NCBI GenBank assembly: GCA_002269645.1
Contig: NIVC01004532.1
Location: 1-42,958, forward strand
Direction: 5' to 3'
DNA length: 42,958 nucleotides
Source: Macrostomum lignano
Taxonomy: Eukaryota
Positions 1-11,275 of the stretch are shown in pieces. Made by a program: the position numbers and the translations under genes. Each line of letters opens with the position of its first letter. Position 1 is the first letter of the stretch. A model generated the notes under the pieces. The model saw only the letters and a program-made list of their open reading frames with translations, was not told the origin of the DNA and did not search any database.

Positions 1-140
1 GCTTCTATGATTGTTTACATGACGCTTCTATGCTTGTTTACATGACGCTTCTATGATGATTGTTTACATGACGCTTCTATGATTGTTTACATGACGCTTC
101 TATGATTGTTTACATGACGCTTCTATGATTGTTTACATGA
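1..140. repeat. 23-bp satellite (GCTTCTATGATTGTTTACATGAC), end of the copy 1 array
   Basis: Direct tandem repeat visible in the sequence. Confidence 0.95.
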
Positions 141-724
141 CACAATATGGTTACGTAATATAAATTCAGTACTGCACTATGCTTTCACACTCAAAGCTGT
201 GATGCAATTCAATTGAGTGTCAAATTCAGCCAGTACACAGACGATAAATAAAGTGTATCGTGATGCAATCTATTTCAGAATCAGAATTCAACCAGTCAGT
301 TTTTTCTGCTAGCATTCCTTACAATGCATTTCAAGTCGAAAGAGCTGCTTGACCTTTGCAAAAAGCATGTTTTTCGAATATTTAATCCCTTTAGCATCGA
401 GCAATTTCTAGCCACGATGCATGTACCGTCACGGAAAAATTTCTGATCGAATGGTGCAAGTTGAAGAAAATCGGTTGAGCCATTTTTGCTAAAATCGATC
501 ACACACACACACACCGTTAGGAAGCCAAAGAAATTCAATACACGTTTTTTTTAATAAGCTACATGTATCTTGAAATCTTAAAAAATCTCCTGTCAAACCT
601 TGTAAGCCTTGACATGTCAGTAATTCCGCCCCCCCCCACAAGCTTTAACATATCAACTTCCCCCCTTGACATCTCAGCAATGCCCCAATAAGCCTTGGAA
701 ATCTAAAAATATCTGTCAACCTTC

Positions 725-784
725 TAACCCTAACCCTAGCCTAACCCTAACCCTAACCTAATCCTAACCTAACCCTAACCCTAA
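725..784. repeat. Interstitial telomere-like (TAACCC)n tract, degenerate
   Basis: TAACCC/TAGCC/TAATCC units; reverse complement is TTAGGG-like. Confidence 0.85.
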
Positions 785-1539
785 AGCATTGAAATTTCAG
801 TAATTCTCTCTAAGAGTCATTATAGCACTACACAGCATTATAGCGATTCCCTGCAAGCCTCGACATCGTAGGGATTCCCAAATGAATCTCTTAACTTCGA
901 CATGAAGCTTCTTGTAGCCTTGACATGTCAGCAATGGCCCCCATTAACCTTGAAGTCTAAAAAATCCCCTGTTAACTTGAACCCGATAAAATATAACCCT
1001 CAACCCAAACCTGACCAAACCTAACTTTAACCCAACCTAAAGCCTTGAAATCTCAGCAATTCTTCTCCCCTAAGCCTTGACATTTTAGTGATTCCTTCTT
1101 TAAGAATCACAGCACTATAACGATTTCCACCAAGCTTTGACATCGTAGCAATTCCCAAATGAATCTTTTAACTTCGACATGACTTTTCTATTATGTATAC
1201 ATAGTGCTACTTTTATTTTTTACATGACTCTTCTTCTATCAGCGCCCCCCGTGGCGAGCCAACAAAGAATGCAATAAAAAAAATTGAGTAAAGTACATGA
1301 ACTTTGAAGTAGCTTCTGACTGTTGCTTTGACATCTCAGAAACCCCCCTCCGTAATCTCAGTTATTCTCTGATCAGTTATTCTCTGAGAGCCTTTACGTC
1401 TCAGTTTTTCTCCCCAGCACAGCATTATAGCTGCATTTAATTTTTACATGACACCCTTCATGTCTGACATGACGCTTCTTTTATTCTACCATGATGCTTC
1501 TTAATTTTTTAAATGACACATTCATTAGTTTTTAAATGA

Positions 1540-3850
1540 GGCTTCTATGATTTTTTCATGACGCTCCTATGATTTTTTTACATGACGCTTCTATGATTGT
1601 TTACATGACGCTTCTATGATTGTTTACATGACGCTTCTATGATTGTTTACATGACGCTTCTATGATTGTTTACATGACGCTTCTATGCTTTTTATATGAC
1701 GCTTCTATGATTTTTACATGACGCTTTTATGATTTTTACATGACGCTTCCATGATTTTTTACATGACGCTTCTATGATTGTTTACATGACGCTTCTATGA
1801 TTTTTTTACATGACGCTTCTATGATTGTTTACATGACGCTCCTATGATTTTTTTACATGACGCTTCTATGATTGTTTACATGACGCTTCTATGCTTTTTA
1901 TATGACGCTTCTATGATTTTTACATGACGCTTTTATGATTTTTACATGACGCTTCTATGATTTTTTACATGACGCTTCTATGATTGTTTACATGACGCTT
2001 CTATGATTTTTTACATGACGCTTCTATGATTGTTTACATGACGCTTCTATGATTTTCTAAATGACGCTTCAATAATTTTTTCATGACACTCCTATGATTT
2101 TTTCATGACGCTTCTATGATTTTTAGATGACGCTTCGATGATTGTTTACATGACGCTTCTATGATTTTTCATGACGCTTCTATGATTGTTTACAGGACGC
2201 TTCTATGATTGTTTACATGACGCTTCTATGATTGTTTACATGACGCTTCTATGACTTTTTAGATGACGCTTCGATGATTGTTTACATGACGCTTCTATGA
2301 TTTTTCATGACGCTTCTATGATTGTTTACATGACGCTTCTATGATTTTTTACATTACGCTTCTATGATTGTTTACATGACGCTTCTATGATTTTTTTAAA
2401 TGACGCTTCTATGAGTTTTATATGACGCTTCTATGCTTTCTACATGACGCTTCTATGCTTTTTACATGACGCTTCTATGATTGTTTACATGACGCTTCTA
2501 TGATTTTTCATGACGCTTCTATGATTGTTTACATGACACTTCTATGATTTTTTACATGACGCTTCTATGATTGTTTACATGACACTTCTATGATTGTTTA
2601 CATGACGCTTCTATGATTTTTCATGACGCTTCTATGATTTTTTAAATGACGCTTCTATGATTGTTTACATGACGCTTCTATGATTTTTACATGACGCTTC
2701 TATGATTGTTTACATGACGCTTCTATGATTGTTTACATAGCGCTTCTATGATTTTTTAAATGACGCTTCTATGATTGTTTACATGGCGCTTCTATGATTG
2801 TTTACATGACGCTTCTATGATTTTTTAAATTACGCTTCTATGATTGTTTACATGACGCTTCTATGATTGTTTACATGACGCTTCTATTATTGTTTACATG
2901 ACGCTTCTATGATTTTTTACATGACGCTTCTATGATTTTTACATGACGCTTCTATGATTGTTTACATGACGCTTCTATGATTGTTTACATGACGCTTCTA
3001 TGATTTTTTACATGACGCTTCTATGATTTTTACATGACGCTTCTATGATTGTTTACATGACGCTTCTATGATTTTTATATGACGCTTCTACGATTTTTTA
3101 CATGACGCTTTTATGATTTTTTACATGACGCTTCTATGATTCATTACATGACGCTTCTATGATTCTTAGATGACGCTTCTACGATTTTTTACATGACGCT
3201 TCTATGATTGTTTACATGACGCTTCTATGATTGTTTACATGACGCTTCTATGATTGTTTACATGACGCTTTTATGATTTTTACATGACGCTTCTATGATT
3301 GTTTACATGACGCTTCTATGATTTTTATATGACGCTTCTACGATTTTTTACATGACGCTTTTATGATTTTTTACATGACGCTTCTATGATTCATTACATG
3401 ACGCTTCTATGATTTTTAGATGACGCTTCTATGATTTTTTACATGACGCTTCTATGATTGTTTACATGACGCTTCTATGATTGTTTATATGACGCTTCTA
3501 TGATTTTTTAAATGACGCTTCTATGATTGTTTACATGACGCTTCTATGATTGTTTACATGACGCTTCTATGATTTTTACATGACGCTTCTATGATTGTTT
3601 ACATGACGCTTCTATGATTCATTAGATGACGCTTCTATCATTTTTTAAAATGACGCTTTTATGATTTTTTACATGACGCTTCTATGACTGTTTACATGAC
3701 GCTTCTATGATTGTTTACATGACGCTTCTATGATTTTTTAAATGACGCTTCTACGATTTTTATATGACGCTTCTACGATTTTTTACATGACGCTTTTATG
3801 ATTGTTTACATGACGTCATGACGTACATGACGTCATTACATGACGCTTCT
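1540..3850. repeat. ~23-bp satellite array (~100 units) in copy 2
   Basis: Tandem ACATGACGCTTCTATGATT(G/T)TTT with variable T-run length. Confidence 0.97.
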
Positions 3851-4707
3851 TTTTAAAAAGTCTTTTAGTTTTCCTGACGTTGAAAAGCTTTAATTAAAAA
3901 ATTATACTCTATGAAAATTCGAATCATCGTCGCTGCATTTAGCAGTTCAGTTTGTTCACCTCTAGGCTAGCTCTCGTCGTTTTGATAACATCAAATTTTG
4001 CACTTATATAATTCAACACTTTAAAATCCAAGCATAGAGTAAATCACACGAAGCAGTTATGACATAATCAGTTTCTCAGTCAGTCAGTATCAGTTAACAA
4101 TATGGTTACGCAATTTAAATCAAGTCTGGTGCTACGCTTCCACACTGCATTTTCAATTCAAGTCGGAGTTACAATTCAGTGATGATGCAATCTATTTCAG
4201 AACCAGAATTCAACCAGTCAGTTTTTTCTCTAGCATTCTTACAATGCATTTCAAGTCGAAAAGTTTGCTTGACCTTTGCAAAAAAGCATGTTTTTCGAAT
4301 ATTTAATGCCTCTAGCATTGAGCAATTTCTTAGCCACGATGCATGTACCGTCACGGGAAAATTTCTGATCGAACAGTGCAAGTTCGAACAAAATCGGTCC
4401 AGCCATTTTTTCTCTAATCGATCACATAGATAGATAGATAGATAGATAGATAGACACAGACAGACCATTTTTAGTATATAGGACTAGCAATCTACGCCCC
4501 CCGTTGGGGAGCCAAAGAAATGCAATACACGTTTTTTTAATAAGCTACATGTATCCTTGAAATCTTAAAAAATCTCCTGTCAAACCTTGTAAACCTTGAC
4601 ATGTCAGTAATTCCCCCCACAAGCTTTAACATATCAACTTCCCCCCCCTGACATCTCAGCAATGCCCCCAATAAGCCTTGAAAATCTAAAAATATCTGTC
4701 AACCTTC

Positions 4708-4832
4708 TAACCCTAATCCTAACCTAACCCTAACCCTAACCCTAGCCTAACCCTAACGCTAACCCTAACCCTAACCCTAACCCTAACCCTAACCTAACCC
4801 TAACCCTAACCCTAACCCTAACCTAACCCTAA
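4708..4832. repeat. Interstitial telomere-like (TAACCC)n tract in copy 3
   Basis: About 20 TAACCC-type units at the position homologous to 725-784. Confidence 0.9.
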
Positions 4833-5739
4833 AGCATTGAAATTTCAGTAATTCTCTCTAAGAGTCATTATAGCACTACTACAGCATTATAGCGATTCCC
4901 TGCAAGCCTCGACATCGTAGGGATTCCCAAATGAATCTCTTAACTTCGACATGAAGCTTCTTTTATTTTTTACTTTACGCTTTTTTTATCAGCGATCCCT
5001 CCCCTGAGGAGGCATCAAATAATGTAATAAAAAGTTTTCAATAAACTACATGTAGCTTCTGGCTTTAGCCTTGAAATCTCATTTATACCCCAGTGAGCCT
5101 TGACATCTCAGCTACTCCCCCCGTAAGCCTTGACATGTCAGCGATGGCCCCCATAAACCTTGAAATCTAAAAAATCCCCTGTTAACCTTAAAACCCGATA
5201 AAATATAACCCTCAACCCACACCTGACCTAAACCTAACTTTAACCCAACCTAAAGCCTTGAAATCTCAGCAATTCTTCTCCCCTAAGCCTTGACATTTTA
5301 GTGATTCCTTCTTTAAGAATCACAGCACTATAACGATTTCCACCAAGCTTTGACATCCTAGCAATTCCCAAATGAATCTTTTAACTTCGACATGACTTTT
5401 CTTTTATGTATACATAGTGCTACTTTTATTTTTTACATGACTTTTCTTCTATCAGCGCCTCCCCCGTGGCGAGCCAACAAAAAATGCAATAAAAAATTGA
5501 GTAAAGTACATGAACTTTGAAGTAGCTTCTGACTTTTGCTTTGACATCTCAGAAACGCCCCCATAATCTCAGTTATTCTCTGTGAGCCTTGACGTCTCAG
5601 TTTTTCTCCCCAGCACAGCATTATAGCTGCATTTAATTTTTACATGACACCTTCATGTCTGACATGACGCTTCTTTTATTCTACCATGATGCTTCTTGAT
5701 TTTTTAAATGACACTTTCATTAGTTTTTAAATGAGGCTC

Positions 5740-8366
5740 CTATGATTTTTCATGACGCTTCTATGATTTTTTATATGACGCTTCTATGATTGTTTACATG
5801 ACGCTTCTATGCTTTTTACATGACGCTTCTATGATTTTTTTACATGACGCTTCCATGATTGTTTACATGACGCTTCTATGATTTTTACATGACGCTTCTA
5901 TGATTTTTTACATGACGCTTCTATGATTGTCTACATGACGCTTCTATGATTTTTATATGACGCTTCTATGATTTTTTACATGACGCTTCTATGATTGTTT
6001 ACATGACGCTTCTATGCTTTTTAGATGACGCTTCTATGATTGTTTATATGACGCTTCTATGATTTTTACATGACGCTTCTATGATTTTTTACATGACGCT
6101 ACTATGATTTTTACATGACGCTTCTATGATTTTTTATATGACGCTTCTATGATTGTTTATATGACGTTTCTATGCTTTTTATATGACGCTTCTTCGATTT
6201 TTAACATGACGCTTCTATGATTGTTTACATGACGCTTCTATGATTTTTTTACATGACGCTTCCATGATTTTTTACATGACGCTTCTATGATTGTTTACAT
6301 GACGCTTCTATGATTTTTTACATGACGCTTCTATGATTGTCTACATGACGCTTCTATGCTTTTTAGATGACGCTTCTATGATTGTTTATATGACGCTACT
6401 ATGATTTTTACATGACGCTTCTATGATTTTTACATGACGCTTCTATGATTGTTTACATGACGCTTCTATGATTTTTTACATGACGCTTCTATGGTTTTTT
6501 TATGACGCTTCTATGATTGTTTACATGACGCTTCTATGATTGTTTACATGACGCTTCTATGATTTTTACATGGCGCTTCTATGATTGTTTACATGACGCT
6601 TCTATGGTCTTTACATGACGCTTCTATGATTTTTTATATGACGCTTCTATGATTTTTTTACATGACGCTTCTATGATGGTTTCATGGATGAATGAATAGA
6701 ATGGATTGCTATTCTGGCTCTGGCTATTTTCGTTTTTGACTCTTTTGCATCCGGTTCCCCCGTGCCTTTTCATTGGTTGATGATTGCCATAGACAATTTT
6801 CGGCCTTCGCCCCTTTCTTTCGATGCACAAGCGCAAAGAACTGAGAATTTCAGTTACTTGCAGAGAATATCGAGCGCTCGTAAGTCTTCCCCTTTATTTC
6901 AAAACACGAGCGAAAGCGCTTGTGCATCGAAAGAAAGGGGCGAAGGCCGAAAATTGTCTATGGCAATCATCAACCAATGAAAAGGCACGGGGGGGGGGAA
7001 CCGGATGCAAAAGAGTCAAAAACGAAAATAGCCAGAGCCAGAATAGCAATCCATTCTATTCATTCATCCATGGATGGTTTACATGACGCTTCTATGATTT
7101 TTTACATGACGCTTCTATGATTGTTTACATGACGCTTCTATGATTTTTATATGACGCTTCTATGATTGTTTACATGACTCTTCAATGATTTTTTACATGA
7201 CGCTTCTATAATTGTTTACATGACGCTTCTATGATTTTTTTAAATGACGCTTCTATGAGTTTTATATGACGCTTCTATGCTTTTTACATGACGCTTCTAT
7301 GATTTTTTATATGACGCTTCTATGATTGTTTACATGACGCTTCTATGATGGTTTACATGACGCTTCTATGATTTTTTACATGACGTTTCTATGATTGTTT
7401 ACATGACGCTTCTATGATTTTTTTAAATGACGCTTCTATAATTGTTTACATGACGCTTCTGTGATTTTTTCATGACACTCCTATGATTTTTTCATGACGC
7501 TTCTATGATTGTTTACATGACGCTTCTATGATTTTTTTAAATGACCCTTTTATGATTTTTAACATGACGCTTCTATGATAGTTTACGTGACGCTTCTATG
7601 ATTTTTTACATGACGCTTCTATGATTGTTTACATGACGCTTCTATGGTTTTTATATGACGCTTCTATGATTTTTTACATGACGCTTCTATGATTGTTTAC
7701 ATGACGCTTCTATGATTTTTATATGACGCTTCTATGATTGTTTACATGACTCTTCAATGATTTTTTACATGGCGCTTCTATGATTTTTACATGACGCTTC
7801 TATGATTTTTTACATGACGCTTCTATGATTGTCTACATGACGCTTCTATGCTTTTTCCATGACGCTTCGATGATTGTTTACATGACGCTTCTATGATTTT
7901 TTCATGACGATTCTATGATTTTTTACATGACGCTTCTATGCTTTATACATGAGGCTTCTATGATTTTTTACATGACGCTTCTATGATTGTTTACATGACG
8001 CTTCTATGATTTTTTACATGACGCTTCTATGATTGTTTACATGACGCTTCTATGATTTTTTACATGACGCTTCTATGATTTTTTACATGACGCTTCTATG
8101 ATTTTAGATGACGCTTCTATGATTGTTTACATGACGCTTCTATGATTGTTTACATGACACTTCTATGATGGTTTACATGACGCTTCTATGATAGCTTACA
8201 TGTCGCTTCTATGATGGTTTACATGACGCTTCTATGATTTTTTTAAATGACGCTTCTATGATTTTTATATGACGCTTCTATGATTTTTTACATGACGCTT
8301 CAATGATTTTTTACATGACGCTTCTATAATTGTTTACATGACGCTTCTATGATTTTTTACATGACG
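5740..8366. repeat. ~23-bp satellite array in copy 3, interrupted by a MITE
   Basis: Same unit as 1540-3850. Confidence 0.97.
6683..7072. mobile_element. 390-bp MITE with ~152-157-bp TIRs and 8-bp TSD (hAT- or P-like)
   Basis: 6683-6834 (CATGGATGAATGAATAGAATGG...CAAGCGC) is the near-perfect reverse complement of 6916-7072, differing by a C/G-run indel. GATGGTTT is duplicated at 6675-6682 and 7073-7080. Confidence 0.93.
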
Positions 8367-8426
8367 CCTTTTGTCCTTTATTTGACCTTGAATAAAAGCT
8401 TTTAATAAAAAACTTTTCATTACTAA

Positions 8427-8484
8427 GATTCGAACCCAGGTCGCTGCATTTGCAGTCCAGTCTGTTCACATCTAGGCTAGCTCT
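8427..8484 (-). other. tRNA-derived segment (degenerate A box, GGTTCGAATC B box) inside the composite unit
   Basis: Minus strand reads AGAGCTAGCCTAGATGTGAACAGACTGGACTGCAAATGCAGCGACCTGGGTTCGAATC. A more decayed copy lies at ~3918-3975. No intact cloverleaf. Confidence 0.5.
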
Positions 8485-9339
8485 TATCGAATTTTATAAA
8501 TGAAATTGTAGCACTTATATAATTCAACACTCACTCACGAAGCAGTTATGACATAATCAATTTCCCAGGCAAGTCAGTATCAGTCTCTATTAAAGTTGAC
8601 AATATGGTTACGCAATCTAAATCAAGTCTGGTGCTACGCTTCCACACTGCATTTTCAATACTGTGACGCAATTCAAGTTGGAGTTACAATTCAGTTATGA
8701 TGCAATCTATTTCAGAATCAGAATTCAACCAGTCAGTTTTTTCTCTAGCATTCTTACAATGCATTTCAAGTCGAAAAGTTTGCTTGACCTTTGCAAAATA
8801 GCATGTTTTTCGAATATTTAATCGCTTTAACATGGAGCAATTTCTTAGCCAAGATGCATGTACCGTCACGGGAAAATTTCTGATCGAACAGTGCAAGTTC
8901 GAACAAAATCGGTCCAGCCATTTTTTCTCTAATCGATCACATAGATAGATAGATAGATAGATAGATAGACACAGACAGACCATTTTTAGTATATAGGATT
9001 TGTATATAAAACTGAACTTCTGCTTTCATTTAATATAATTTGCTAAACTATGTCTGTGATATAAAACTATAAATTCTATAATTAACTAGAATGGGCCTTG
9101 GAGATTTGGTGATTCTGTGGATTTTTTAAGACCTAAAAAACCTAATCTCAAACCTGAATTTTTATAGATGAAAATAGCAAGGATCTTATTATTATTTTTC
9201 ATATAAGTATATATAACATAAGCTTCTAAGAAGTCAACAAATAAATTTGAAAAAAGATTAATTTGATCCTATTCTGCTACTTTTTAAACTTTACAACAAT
9301 TACAAATTTTGATTTAGACTGGTTTTTATAATATAATAT

Positions 9340-10000
9340 TTTAATATATATTATAAATAGGCATTTTTCTTGAATTGTTTGGTAAACTATTCTTTCAATG
9401 TTTTCGCATTTTTCCACTTGAAAAGCTGGTTTTAGCATGTTTGGACATCCCCCAAGCTATTAAAACAGTAAAATTAACAATTTTGTTTTTAAGCACTTTT
9501 TCTATCTTTAGCTATTCCTAAAGATTCCTAACAATTCAAAGTTTCAAAGTTTTTTATTTCAGATTGGTGCAAAAATGTGGGAATCATGTTGTCAAAGTTG
9601 AAAATTTAACTAATAACTAATAAATTAACAGTTGGGATTGTCTGTGGGGAAGAGCATGGTAGACAAATGGAGTTGGCTAATTAAAAAGTACAACGCTGAA
9701 TTGTAAAACAAAAAGTAAAAATTTTTGAAGGATAGAAATCTAACACGTTGTCTGATGTAGCACTGATGCCTATTGGGAATGTCTATGGCCCAAAGGGATC
9801 GGTTGGTTTACTTGGTTAAGAGGAGAAGTATGAGCACTCAGACTTGTTCTTGCTACTAAGCTCTTACTAAGATCATTTAATCATTAAGTCCAAACATGCT
9901 AAAATCAGCTTCTCAAGACAAGACTCAAGTGAAGAAATGCAAAAAAAACATGGAAAAATAGTTTAATAAATGATTTGAGAAGAATGCCATATAATATATA
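9340..10000. mobile_element. Old fold-back/MITE-like element with degenerate ~110-bp inverted arms
   Basis: ~9340-9446 (...CCACTTGAAAAGCTGGTTTTAGCATGTTTGGAC) is an imperfect reverse complement of 9888-~10000 (GTCCAAACATGCTAAAATCAGCTTCTCAAG...). Confidence 0.6.
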
Positions 10001-11190
10001 ATAAAAATACATTTAAAAATCAATTTCAAAATCTATATGTGAAATAGTTAAGCATTAAATTCATTAAGTCTTTATTTACTTTTTTGAAACTATTTTCAAC
10101 TTTCTAATACCTTTCATTTAGTGTCTATATATATATATATATGGCCTAGAGCTATACTTGATATGTATTGGCATAAAATTCATACTCTGGATCATGTAGT
10201 AAATGCTCCAAAATTTGGGCATACTACATGGAGGCATGCACAGTTGGCATGCATCACTCTTAAGAAAATAGTGTATCTACAACACCTGGCATGCAATTTA
10301 TAGAATCTTACAAATTCTTACAAAAATGCAAAAATTACTGATGGGTGATGACTAGGCCTATGACCTATGACCTATGTTACTATGATTTATAGTATAATCT
10401 AAGCAAGCATATATGAATATAATCAAGTTATTTTTTAAACATCCTACTAATTAGTAATTTAGAATTCCTAGAAACGTATTTTTGCAAACCTTATTTTACT
10501 TAGCACAGGTCTGACAGTAATAAGGGTACTGGGATGGACCTTATTCAAAAGCTACAACCTTAACGAGTAACGACAAAGCTGAGCTGAGGTTCATTGCAAA
10601 AAATGAAAACTTTTACAGTGTTAAATTTTTACTGTAAACTTACTTAAATGTTAACAAAAACGAAAGGTATATTGCAATATCAGCAAAACATGAATAATAA
10701 ATAGTACATTTTACCTATAAATATTCTTTTAAAAAAGTACAAATCGGTAAATAATAAGTACTATATTTTTCTTATTCGAATAAAGTTACGGCAGAAAATC
10801 TCGGTTTGGAATTGTCTTTTGAGTGAATACATGAAAATAGGCCTATCCTATTCGGTGTGCAGACTCCATATGTAGACGTAAAGTAATCGAAATTTGAGAG
10901 AATATCTTTTAGAATTTTGTCTGATAAAGATCCAGCTCCTTGATATATGAACTATAGACTCTATAGATCTACAATACATAAATTGCGGACGAATCCTTCT
11001 TCGTTTTTGCGGACGATTTTTTCATATACAGGGCGGATTCAGGTCCTCAGGCACATGCATTGTGCGTTTAAATTAATATTGGGGCTATAGCTTTTATGTG
11101 GATTTTAAATAAATTAATTGCACCGCGGCCGCAACTGGGCGGCTAAGCAAGTGGCCAACACAGTGCTAAAAGCGGCGAAAATTAAATCAA

Positions 11191-11196
11191 TTTATT
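11191..11196 (-). terminator. Candidate polyadenylation signal AATAAA of the tubulin-like gene
   Basis: AATAAA on the minus strand ~80 nt downstream of the stop at 11276. Confidence 0.45.
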
Positions 11197-11275
11197 TTAA
11201 ACTTAAATTCATAAAATACAGCGGTTTTAACCCTTTATGACGAGAGATGGCATAGCATCATGTTATTTTTTTAAA

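Larger units (their letters stand above)
1..8998 (+). mobile_element. Head-to-tail array of three composite non-autonomous Helitron/HINE-like units (copy 1 partial 1-~515, copy 2 ~515-4483, copy 3 4484-8998)
   Basis: The same ~400-bp block recurs at ~140-515, ~4085-4483 and ~8590-8998. Copies 2 and 3 end in AAAATCGGTCCAGCC...(GATA)n-GACAGAC-CATTTTTAGTATATAGGA. Copy 3 starts CTAGCAATCTACGCCCCCC directly after copy 2. No TIR or TSD at the ends. The CTAGC start and microsatellite+TATATAGGA end resemble Lep1/DINE-1/HINE rolling-circle elements (from memory). Confidence 0.6.

Noticed and set aside
1540-8366. CRISPR-like appearance of the 23-45-bp repeats here and elsewhere in the window
   Set aside because: Units are contiguous with no unique spacers, there are no cas genes, and the context is eukaryotic.
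296-8983. Recurrent 80-99-aa ORFs (296-538, 4169-4468, 4179-4433, 8684-8983)
   Set aside because: They recur only because the repeat unit recurs; starts lie in microsatellites, and there are no Rep/helicase/transposase motifs.
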